A stretch of DNA of 64,000 nt. Origin: an uncultured Candidatus Rokubacteria bacterium (GTDB lineage Bacteria; Methylomirabilota; Methylomirabilia; Rokubacteriales; CSP1-6). Below, piece by piece: positions 51,501 through 64,000 of the stretch. The notes below the pieces were generated by a model. It did no database searches. It saw only the letters and a program-made list of their open reading frames with translations, and was not told the DNA's origin. Location: the NCBI GenBank assembly GCA_963747235.1, contig CAVVEU010000014.1:228989-292988 (forward strand), in the 5' to 3' direction. Numbering within the stretch: the first letter of the stretch is position 1; every line of letters begins with the position of its first letter. The position numbers and the translations under genes are program-made.

Positions 51501-51800
51501 ATGGACGAGAGGACGCTCGTCGATCAGTTGCGCGCGATCGTCACCGGCGTGGTGGGCGCCGGGCGCGTGCCCGCGGAGATCGACGGCGACACGCCGCTGG
51601 CGGAGGGGGGCTTCTGGCTCGACTCGGTCGAGCTGCTCGAGGTGATCCTCGCCTGCGAGAGCAAGTTCGGGATCACGTTCAAGCCGGCCGAAGATCTGAT
51701 CGGGGACGGGCTCAGGTCGCTCGGGACGCTCGGCGACGCGATCCGGCGAAGGTCCCCGTGTCCCTCGAGCACCGGATCGGCGTCCCGGGCCCAGTCGTAG
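51501..51800 (+). CDS. Acyl carrier protein (in frame with the ligase as assembled)
   Basis: DTPL...LDSVELLEVILACESKFGI phosphopantetheine motif. Confidence 0.85.
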   Translation: MDERTLVDQLRAIVTGVVGAGRVPAEIDGDTPLAEGGFWLDSVELLEVILACESKFGITFKPAEDLIGDGLRSLGTLGDAIRRRSPCPSSTGSASRAQS

Positions 51801-52818
51801 GCCGCCTTGCCCCGCTCTCTCGCTCCCTGGCGGCTCCGGCGCCTCGTGGCCCGCTGGCGGGCCCGCCCGGCGTCCCACACGCGGCGGGTCTGGGCTCTCT
51901 TGATCCTGCTCGACATCCTGCCCTGGCCCCGGGGCGAGGACATTCTCGCCGGCATGTTCATGGTGGTCGGTCTGGCGCGGCCGGGCCGCCGACGGCGAGC
52001 GCTGATCCTGGCCAGGGCAATGGGGCACACCCGCCCGCTGGCGCGTCGCCGCCGCGCTGTGCGCGTTTCTCGGACGCTGGGTCGCCCGCATGTACCTGCT
52101 CGGCGTCCGCCGCCCCGAGGACCTGCGGCGGATCCTCGTGATGGAGGGGGCGCACCACCTCGACGCGGTGCCCGGGCCGGCCATCCTCCTCGGGTTCCAC
52201 CTGGGACCGCCGAGCGGCGACATGATCTTCCGCGTGCTCGGAGTTCCGGTCACGTACCTGGGGTGGCACGACCGTGACGCCAGCCTCGCGTGGTGGAGCG
52301 AGGAGTGGCGGCCCTTCGCGCAATCGGCGCCGCTCTCGCGTGCCCGCGGCGACCGCGACAACTGGCCGGCCGTGCTCTACCAGGCCCGGCAAATCCTCGT
52401 CGACGGAGGAAAGGTCCACATCCGGGCCGACGGCGCGGGCCGCGAGGTCTTCCGCTTGCCGCTGTCCGTCGGCGAGTTTCCCATCGCCGCGGGTTGGCTC
52501 ACGCTTCATCGACTCACCGGCGCGCCCGTCGTTCCCGTGCTGGGCCACCTCGACGGGCGCCGGCACGTCGTCGCGATCCACCCGGCGCTGCCGGCCGTGG
52601 ACCTGGACCGGCCGGAGGGCCTCGACGTCTGGCGGGAGCGCTTGACGGACCTCGTCGAGGACTATATCGGACGGTTCCCCGAGCAGTGCCCCCACCTCGC
52701 CCTGGTGATCGACCCGGCGACACGTCCCGCCACAGTCCTCAAGGACGCGGGTAGCCCACGATGTTCTCGAGCCGCGGCGTGCCCGTCAGCGCGTGGGCGG
52801 CCAGGCGGCCGGACATGA
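51758..52818 (+). CDS. Lysophospholipid/lipid A acyltransferase-like protein; frameshifts
   Basis: EGAHHLD, ILLGFHLG, RADG, TGAPVVPV, YIGRFPEQ. Confidence 0.62.
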
Positions 52819-54889
52819 CGGCGGCCTCGACGCAGCCGGCATTGAGGCCACAATCGGTCCAGTCTCCGGCGATCACGAGGTTGTCGAAGCCGGTCTCGCC
52901 GGGCTTGATGCGGTGGCGGCCGGTGCCGGGAAGCGAGAGCACGTAGCGATCCGAGGGGTCGACGTTGGCGCGCCAGAACTGCGAGTCGAATCGGGCCGCG
53001 CCCGGGCGGCCCCGCCGCCGGCCAGGAGATCCCAGCGAAACTCGCCGGTGGCCGGATCCACGCACGCGGGCCAGAGGTGGCTCCCCCAGCGACGGAGGAA
53101 CGCGATCGCATTGGCCTTCACGGTCGCCTCGGCGGCGGCGGGAAAGGCCGGATCGGGCGCGGCGGCCGGCTCGCGTGTTGCCGGCAGCGCATTGCAGAAG
53201 TAGGCGACGCTCCCCGCCCCCTCGCCCGCGGGCCACGCCTCGCGATCCAGCAGATGGGACATGTCGGCGTAGGTGTCGAACGGCTCGACGAAGCTCGACA
53301 TGTTGGACAGGGGCCAGGCCCAGCCGAGCTCGCGCGTCGTGGCGGTGAGCCAGATCTGAAACGCCTGGGTCGGCACCGTCGCGACGTGCTCCACCATGGC
53401 GCGCCAGCGATCGCTGGCGTCGATCAGCTCCCCGCAGAGATGGGGCACGGCCCCGAGCGAGATCCCGAAGATCACGCGGTCGAAGTCCCGTCCCGCGATG
53501 AGCGTCAGCGCCGCCGCATCCGGGGACGGAGCCCAGAACGATTCGAGGCTCGCCGCACTTCGCCGGTCGGCGCCCGCCACCTGCGCCCAGCGGGGCTCGG
53601 CCGGCCAGCACGGCAGGCCGCGCACGTCCTCGAGCGGATCGTACTCGGCGCCGGGGTCGGCCAGCTCGAGCTGGCGGTCCATGTCGATGGCGCCGACGGA
53701 CCGCCGGTCGGCGGCGAGGCGCAGCCCCGTCACGCGGTGGAAGAAGCGGAACCGCACGCCGCGGCGGCGCAGCACCTGGTAGAGCGGCGCGAAGACCACG
53801 TCCCCCATGCCCGCCTGCATCTTCCAGAACATCGCGCCCTTGTACGTGAAGAAGAGCCGCGCGGCGTTCTCGAGCGCGACGCCCGCGGCCATGCTCGGCC
53901 GGGACGGGTCCCCGCCCCGGAACGCGAAGGCGAGGTCATAGCCGCCGACCAGGACGGGCGACGTGAGGGCGTCGTCCGATGCACCGTGGCTTCTCAGCCA
54001 GTCGAGGAACTCGATATCGTCGATCGCCGAGAAGCCCCTGGTGAGGACACCGTCGCTCACGATGCCGCGGATCGCCGCCACGACGATCTCGACGAGCTGC
54101 CCGATGCGGCGCACGCGGTCGTCCACGTCCACCCCGCGAGCCAGCAGGTCGCGCACCCATTCCACGAAGGACTGCGAGCAGGCGCAGGAGGCGATCGTGC
54201 ACGCCCGGCAGGTGATCCACCGAGACGGACTCGACGGTGCCCGCCAGCGCGATGGCGGCGACGAGGCCGGCCAGGCCCGCGCGGCGGCCGGCCGCGTGCG
54301 CCAGGTCCATCAGCTCCTCGAATGGCCGCGCGAGCCAGTCGCGCAGCGAGCGCTCGCCGGGGGCGAGGTGCGCGGCGCCCCGCTCGGCGTCGGACAGCGG
54401 GAGCGAGCCGGCCAGGCTCCACAAGAGCTCGAGCCCGCGCACGACGTAGGACCAGACGGCGGTGGACGGGTCGTCCGGACCAGGAGACGCCGGGCACGCG
54501 GTCGTCCTCCGGATAGAGGATGGGCCAGTGCGCCCACGCGCCGCCGTGCCCGTCCTCGAGCACGACGCGGCTCGACTTCTTGAACGCGTCGTCCCACCGC
54601 GCGAGCGGGGCGCCCGGCGGGCGGCCCAGCTCCGCGTAGCACTCCTGCATCACGCGGAAGGCGTTTTCGTAGAAGCCGAGCCAGAGGTGCAGGCCGTGCT
54701 CCTCGATGCGCCCGTGCGCGGCCGCGGCCGCTCGCGCCCTTGCCGCCGAGCCGCCAGCCCACCTGGTACACGGTGATGCTCTCGAAGCGATCGCTGCCAG
54801 CCCGGGCGCGACAGCTCGAACGCCGCGGTGATGGCGGCGGCGCCGCCGCCCAGGATCACGAGCTTCTCGCGCCCGCCGGCCCCGGCCAT
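52739..54889 (-). CDS. FAD-dependent oxidoreductase (amine oxidase/phytoene desaturase-like); frameshifts
   Basis: ILGGGAAAITAAFELS, GWRLGGKGASGR, EEHGLHLWLGFYENAF, KMQAGMGD, AGDWT...GCVEAAVMSG. Confidence 0.85.
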
Positions 54890-55919
54890 GCGGAAGGCTG
54901 AGCGGGCGGCGCGTTCCAGAGCTCGACGCCGGCGTCGAGCCGGAAGTCGTAGCGGAGCCAGGCGGAGAGCAGCGGCCTGATCGGCCCCGACGGCAGCCCC
55001 AGGTCGTCGCTGGATGGGCTCGCTCGCGAGGGCGCCGAGGCTCACGGTGTAGCTCGCCGAGGAGACCGCCCCCGTGAAAGTCCGTCACCTTCATCGGCGC
55101 GTCGGTGATGGCCTGGTAGCAGGCGCGATCGGACTGGGCGATGTCGCGAAACTGCTTGAGCCCGATGATCGGGAACGTGCCCGTGACGAAGTCCTCGAGC
55201 GTGGCGAAGAGCACGCGACCCTCGTCGGCGATCTGCTCGACGACGCCCACCAGCGTGTCGAGGATCCCGCGCAGGCCGCCGCCGGGCGCGGCCGGCTGCG
55301 GCGCCACCCGCCAGGCCTGGCCGAGCGCGCCCGCGAGCCCGGTGGCCGCCTCGCCGAAGGTCTTCCAGATCGCCCGCGGACCCGGCACCGCGCCCACCGG
55401 CGCGATGTCGATGACCCGATGCGGGGTGAAGGGCACGGCGGGATCGAAGCGCTCGATCGACAGCGCGTCCACGGTGATGCGCGCGGGCGCCTCGGCGCCC
55501 TCGATCGAGATGAACCCGTGCTGCTTGGGCAGGCCGAACAGCTCGCGCCCCGCCGCCACCGCCATCCCGGAATCCACGAACAGGTAGGGAACGCACACCA
55601 CCGGGCGGCGCCGGCGCACGTCGATGCCCACCGTGAGGAAGGCGACCTCGAGCTCGCCGATGCCGCCGCCGAGCTCGCTGTCCGGCGGCGCCGCCGACTT
55701 GATCGCGGGAATGCGCGAGACCGCGAGGATCACGAGCCCCAGCGCGGGCCGCACCTCCACGGCGCCGCCCGACGGCGTGCCGAAGTCGCGCTCGAACGTC
55801 GCGGCGAGCCGCACCGCGTCGGCCCGGAGGAGGAAGATGAACTGCGTGGCGTTCCGCGCGGCGTACGGCACCCGGTAGACGAGCTCGCCGCCGCGCTGGA
55901 CGTACGCGGGAAGCGTCAC
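54890..55919 (-). CDS. Acetoacetate decarboxylase-like family protein; 3' end uncertain
   Basis: PYLFVDS, GRELFGLPK, LKQFRD, ACYQAI. Confidence 0.72.
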
Positions 55920-58900
55920 GGCAGGATCCTGTTGCTCGCCGCCGATTCGGCGAGCGGCGAGGCGGCGGGCCGGCCCAGGGCGGACAGGAGCCGGTGCAGG
56001 CTCACCGCCGCCCGGTGCTCGAAGAGGCGCGCGCCCTGGGCGCGCGCGACGTCGAGGGCGCGCTCGAGGTCGGGGAGCGCCGCCTCGGCGTCGGCGCCGC
56101 CGCGCTCCGCGATCAGCTCGCCGCGCTGCCGGTACAGCTCGGATTCGTGCACCCGCTCGCCGTGTCGCTCCATCTGCGCGATCGCCTCGTCGAGCATCGC
56201 GCGCGCGTCGTCGAAGCCGGCCCGCCGCCCTCCGGCCCGCGGCGATCGCGGCGAGCCAGTACGGGGCGTCGAGGTCGAGGCCGCGCCCGCGCCAGGCGGC
56301 GAGCGCCTGGGCGAGCTCGTCGGCGGCGCTCTCGCCGAGCGCGATGCCGCGCCGCGCAATCGGCGAGCGCGCCCGCGCCGACGTGGAGCGCGAAGCCGTG
56401 CTCGCGGCCGATCCGCATGGCCTCCTGCGCGCAGCGCCGGGCCTCGAGCGGCTCGCCCATCATCAGGCGCAACCGGCTCGCGCAGGTCAGCGCATAGGCG
56501 GTGCTGAAGGCCCGCTCACCCGGGGGACAGCGCTCGGCGCGGGCCAGCGCGCCGTCGATGGCCACGGCGGCGGCCTCGCGCTGGCCGAGCAGGCAGAGGG
56601 TCAGCGCGAGCATCGACTCCGAGGCGACACCGATATTGTTCGGCGTGAGCGCCGTCCCCTCGGGCCGCGGATAGGTGTCGGTCAGCTCGATGGACCGCTC
56701 GAAGTGGGCGCGCGCCTCCGCGGGAGCGCCGACCTGGAAGGCGGTGAAGCCGAGGGCCGAGTAGCTCGCGCAGAGCCGGTTCCGCGCCCCGATGATCTCG
56801 GTCACCTGCAGGTGCTGCTCGGCCATCTCCCGCGCGGACCGGAAATCGCTCCGGTAGTAGTAGTAGAGGAAGAGGCCGCCGAGCGCGCCCAGCAGCAGCG
56901 GGCCGCCCTCGACCGTCCGGCACAGCTCGCGCGCGCGGGCGTGGATCTCGCCGACCTCGGGCGCGGCGAAGCCGAGCGTCGCCTGCAGGCTGATGCCCAG
57001 CGAGACCTTGATCTCGAGCTCGATGCGGTCGCGATCGGGGCCGGGCGGCAGCGCCGCGGGCAGGAGATCGAGCCCGCGCCGGAGCTGCTCGATGGCGGCC
57101 GCGTAGGCCGCCCGCTGCCGCGCCCGCGTGCCCCCGCGCACCCACCAGGCGATCGCGGCGCGCTCCTGCCCGGCCTCGGTGAGGTGCAGCGCCACCAGCT
57201 CCGGATGGGCCGCGGCCTGCTCGGGAAACGTCACCTCGAGGGCGCGGGCCACGCGCGCGTGCGCCTGGTGGCGGAGCGCCGGACCCTGGCTCTGGTAGAC
57301 GGCGTCGCGGATCAGGGCGTGGCGGAATCGGTAGTCCACGCCCGCCATGCCCTCCGGGCACGATGACCTCGGCCTCGGCGAGGCGATCGAGCGCCTCCGC
57401 GAGCGCCGCGGGATCGGTCTCCGCCACCGCCTCGAGCATGGGGAGCGAGAACGCGTGGCCGATGGTGGCGGCGATCTGCGCGATGGCCTTCGCGGAGCCG
57501 AGGCGCTCGAGCCGGCTCGTGAGGAGCCCCTGCAGCGTGGCGGGAAGCGCCGATGCCGCTCGCCCCCGCGGGCAGGGCCGCGCGGTCTCCGTCGGCGGCG
57601 CGCTCCGCGACGGCGAGGGTCAGCTCCTCCGCGAACAGCGGATTGCCTCCCGCGCGGGCGGCGACGAGGCGGACGGCCTCCTCGTCCGCCCCGGCGCCGA
57701 AGACGGAGCGCGCGATGCCCGCCGTCTCGTCCGCGGTGAGCGGGGGCAGCGCGATCTGCGTCGCGAGGCCCGCGCTCATCAGGCTCGGCCGCTCGGCCGA
57801 TCGATAGGTCAGGAGCAGCAGGATGCGCGAGCCGGCGAGCCGCTCCGCGAGCGACACCAGATACTGCCTCGGACGCGCGGTCGATCCAGTGCACGTCCTC
57901 GACGACCATCACGAGCGGCTGACGCACGCTCGCCGACACGCTCATGCGCACGAGGGCCTCGAGCGTCCGCGCGCTCACCGCCTCCGGGCTCAGGCCCGCG
58001 AGCCGGTCGCTCGCGGGGCCGCCGAGCAGGTGAAGGAGGAAGGGCGTCCACTCGTCGGCGTCGAGGTCGAGGGCGCCGAGCGTCCGCCTCAGCTTGTCGG
58101 CGACGAGGTCGAGCGCATCCATCTCGCGCGATGCCGCACGCCGCGCGCACGAGGTCGAGGATGGGCAAGAAGGGCGCTCCGACGCCGTAGGACGCGCACT
58201 GGCCCGCGAGATACGTCACCTCGCCCGGCGGCAAGCTCTGGCGAAACTCGTAGAGCAGCCGCGACTTGCCGATGCCGGGCTCGCCGACGATCCCCACGAG
58301 ACGGCCCTGCCCGCACATGGCGAGGTCCAGGTGCTGGGTCGAGCGCTGCGAGCTCGGCGGCGCGCCCGACGAAGCCGGACATGCGCCCGCCGGATCGAAA
58401 CCGCGTGCTCTCGAAGCCCGGCGACGCGATACGCGCGGGCGCCCGGCCAGGGTCGTCGTGGCCATCGGAATCAGCGAGAAGCGCCGGCGCAGGAGCGCGG
58501 CCGCCTCCTCGCTGACGGCGATGGCGCCCGGCGGCGGCGCGAGCCGCTCGAGCGCGTAGAGCGCGGTCTGCTTGCCCGCGACGTCGACGAAGGTCATCTC
58601 GCCCACCTGCCGCGTGGGGACGGCCGTCACGTGGACGGCGCAGCGCACCGCGGGCGCGCGGTCATCGGTGCGGCCCTGCTCGGTCATCCGCTGCGCGGCG
58701 AGGCCCGCCAGGGCGGCGCGGATGGCGCCATCCTCGACGGGCTGCTCGACGCCGAATGCCGCGATGACCGCCGTCTGCCCCAGCTCCTCGATGCGACCGC
58801 CGAAGCTCCGGATCTTGTCGAGCAGCTCGTCGACCATCCGCGCGCTCTCGGAGAGGCCGTCCGAGCCCGGGGCCGCCGCCAGGTCGACGCGGAGGAAGCC

Positions 58901-60044
58901 GACCTCGCGAGACTCCGAGCGCACGCTCATCCGCATGGGGGTCGCAGGCGGGCGTCCGGGCGTCGGCGGCGGGCGCCGCGCCGGCGATCGGTGAGGCCAG
59001 CGGGCCTCGGCGATGCCTCCGCGCCGGGCCGGCGGCATTGCGCGGGACGCCGACGCGGCCCCGCGCGCCCGACGCGGCGCGCGGCCGAGCCCGAAGCGCG
59101 CCATGCGCGCACGCACCGTGTTGCGCGAGATGCCCAGCGCCACCGCGGTATGCGAGATGTTCCAGTTGGTCCGGACGAGCGCGGCGTGGAGGTGCTCGCC
59201 CATCTGCTTGTGCCAGGACAGCGGATCGGGCGACTCCGGGGCCGGCGAGCGGGCCACCCCGCTCGTCGACGAGGGCAGGCCGAGCGCGGCGGCGGTCACG
59301 ATCGGCGCGTCGCTCAGCAGGACCACCCGCTCGAGGATATTGCCCAGCTCCCGGACATTGCCCGGCCAGGAGTAGCCGGCCAGCGCGTCGCGCGCGTCGG
59401 GCGAGAACGTCCGCTCGGCAAGCCCGTAGTCCGCGCAGGCCCTTGCCAGGAGGTGCTCGGCGATGATCAGCACGTCGAGGCCGCGCTCGCGGAGCGGGGG
59501 CACGTGCAGCGTGATGACGGCGAGCCGGTGGTAGAGATCCTGGCGAAAGCTCTGGGTCGCGACCGCGGCGCGGAGGTCCTCGTTGGTGGCGGCCACGATC
59601 CACACGTCGGCGGGCTCGGCGCGGGTGCCGCCGAGCCGCCGCACCGCGCGCTGCTCGAGCGCGGTGAGGAGCTTGGCCTGAAGCGGCGCGGCGAGCAGGC
59701 CGATCTCGTCCAGAAAGAGCAGGCCGCGATGGGCGAGCTGAAAGAGGCCGGGCTTGGCCTGGCGCGCGTCGGTGAAGGCGCCCTTCTCGTAGCCGAAGAG
59801 CTCGGCCTCGAGCAGGCGCTCCGGGATGGCGGCGCAGTTGACGTCGATGAACGGCTGGGCCGCGCGCGGCCCGGCCCGGTGCAGCGACCGCGCGAGCAGG
59901 CCCTTGCCGGAGCCGGTCTCGCCGAGGATGAGCAGTGACGGAGGCCGCACCGCCACCGCGGCGGACCGAACGAGCTGCTGAACCTGTCGCCGCAGGGCGA
60001 CCATGGCGGGGCTGTCCCCGATCAGAGTCCGCGAGAGCGTCCAC
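55916..60044 (-). CDS. Sigma54 activator (AAA+ and Fis HTH) fused to a degenerate class III cyclase-like domain, STAND ATPase and TPRs; frameshifts
   Basis: GETGSGK, LEAELFGYEKGAFTDA, LFLDEIG, WPGNVREL, LGISRNTVR; FGGRIEE...AAFG; GEPGIGKSRL, EDVHWID, GGNPLFAEE, FRHALIRD; TPR-like C-terminus. Confidence 0.85.
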
Positions 60045-60099
60045 GACCCGCCCATCCTACCTCATCGCGCGGACCGGCGACGCGACGGAGTCGAGGCGC

Positions 60100-61232
60100 T
60101 CAGAGATCGCCGCCCGGCGGCACCCGTCCTTCCTGCATCTCCGCCCACTGGGCCATCGGTGAACGGCGGGCTGAGCAGCTCGCCGTCCTGCTGGCGCGAG
60201 CGGAACAGATTCAGGATGTAGTTCATGCGCTGCGGGAGCTTCGCCCAGTCGTTCGCGCCACTGCCGATGCCCGTCCCGCCGGTCTGGTCGTACTCCGCCA
60301 GGAGGGCGACGAGCTCGGGCGCCCGGATCGCCTCGAGGTCTTCGGGAAAGAGCGGCCGGCCCGGCGGCGCGGGCACGTCCGTCGCCGAGGTCCAGATCCC
60401 CGCTCGGCGTCACGAGCTTCATCAGGAGCTCGGTGGCGATGCGCCGCCACGCGGCCTCGATCTCGATGACGACGAGGCGCAGCACCGGCCGCACGCCGGC
60501 CCGGACCGCGTCGGGGAGCTTGAGGACGGTCCGATCGAGCCACTCGCCGAGGCTCGTCTCGATGGGCGCGTCGAGCGCGTCCTGGATATTCGGCTGAAGC
60601 CGGATCTGCTCGGTGAGCCCGGCGAGCCCGTTCGCGAGGAGGATTCGATCGGCTCGGAACGTGCGCTCGGCATCGAGCATGGCGTCGCAGTACTGCCCGA
60701 AGACGGTTCGCAGCCGGGCCGTCGCCACCGCGTCGTCGTCGAGCGCCTGGACCCAGGCCACGAGCGCGGCGCGGCGCGCCGGATCGCCCGGCCCCGGACC
60801 ATCGAAGGTGGCGACCATGCGCGCGAAGAGCGGGCCGAGCTCCTGGAACACCGTGAGGTTCCCGGCCGCGATCTGGCGGCTCACCGCGGCAACCGCCTCG
60901 GCGACGGCGTCGAAGATATCCACGTCGATGTCGACCTGGGTGCCCGACAGGCGGAGCCGGACGAGTCCCATCGCCCGCCGGTACGCCCAGGACCGGTTGA
61001 GCACCTCCTGGATGCGCCCCGGCAGCACCTCGCCCCGGATGGACGCGCCCGCGGTCTTCGACGCCCACGTCGCGAAGGCGGGCCAGGAGACATTGGCGGG
61101 TCCGACGAGGCGCGCCATGCCCACGGCGAAGTCGTGGTACGCCGTCGTGATCCAGAGGTTGCGGAGCACGGGGTCGGCGATCGCCGCGATCTTCGCGATC
61201 TCGGGCTCGCCGATCGGGCGAGGAAAGAGCAT
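60100..61232 (-). CDS. Conserved hypothetical protein; frameshifts near the 3' end
   Basis: RNLWITTAYH, WPAFATWASK, GNLTVFQE, EQIRLQP, DWAKLPQRMNYI. Confidence 0.7.
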
Positions 61233-61247
61233 GGCCGGCGCGGGCGG

Positions 61248-61499
61248 TCAGAGCCCCTTGTCGACGAGCGAGTCGACGCGGGTGCGGCGGCCCGCCTTGA
61301 CGTGGACGACAGTGGCGACCACGGCGATGACGAGCGTCAAGACGATCACGAGGCTGAACTCGATCCCGGTGAAGACGTAGAAGAACGTGAAGGCGAAGAC
61401 ACCGAAGGCCAGCGCGGCATAGAAGACGAAGAGCCCCAGTACATGCATGCCGCTGAAGCGCGCCCGGCCTGACGATCGCGGATCGTGGTGCACGGTCAT
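61248..61499 (-). CDS. Small two-TM membrane protein
   Basis: Two hydrophobic helices; GAGG RBS. Confidence 0.55.
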   Translation of the reverse strand: MTVHHDPRSSGRARFSGMHVLGLFVFYAALAFGVFAFTFFYVFTGIEFSLVIVLTLVIAVVATVVHVKAGRRTRVDSLVDKGL

Positions 61500-61522
61500 C
61501 CCCTCGGTTCTCCCGTGAGATC

Positions 61523-64000
<2,478 letters not shown>

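Overview
High-GC bacterial chromosomal window. The gene repertoire (many LLM/CoA-transferase/hydantoinase genes, a sigma54-activator-STAND fusion) is reminiscent of Rokubacteria-type soil genomes, but the taxon is not provable from the sequence. From ~21.6 kb onward many genes are broken by single-base frameshifts, most likely long-read indel errors, so split ORFs were stitched by motif continuity. 1-34 kb: catabolic/redox genes (putA, ADH, MaoC pair, LLMs, MFS, CoxL/XdhA-like, double CoA-transferase, peptide-type ABC, TauD, SDR, hydantoinase A/B, Tat-exported formamidase, cytochrome c-Cu monooxygenase), interspersed with 11 copies of a 35-bp hairpin-plus-purine-tail (BoxC/triplex-like) repeat. 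34.2-48.2 kb: an accessory island between a XerC/D-like recombinase and tRNA-Thr(CGT). It carries partly decayed toxin-antitoxin genes and a co-oriented defence-like module: UvrD helicase-nuclease, type III Mod, a Res apparently fused to a LexA-like S24 autopeptidase, and a YaaC-like gene. This module is the best candidate for an undescribed system. 48.6-64 kb: acyl-ligase/ACP/acyltransferase mini-cluster, a sigma54 activator-cyclase-like-STAND-TPR operon, and a membrane pyrophosphatase.
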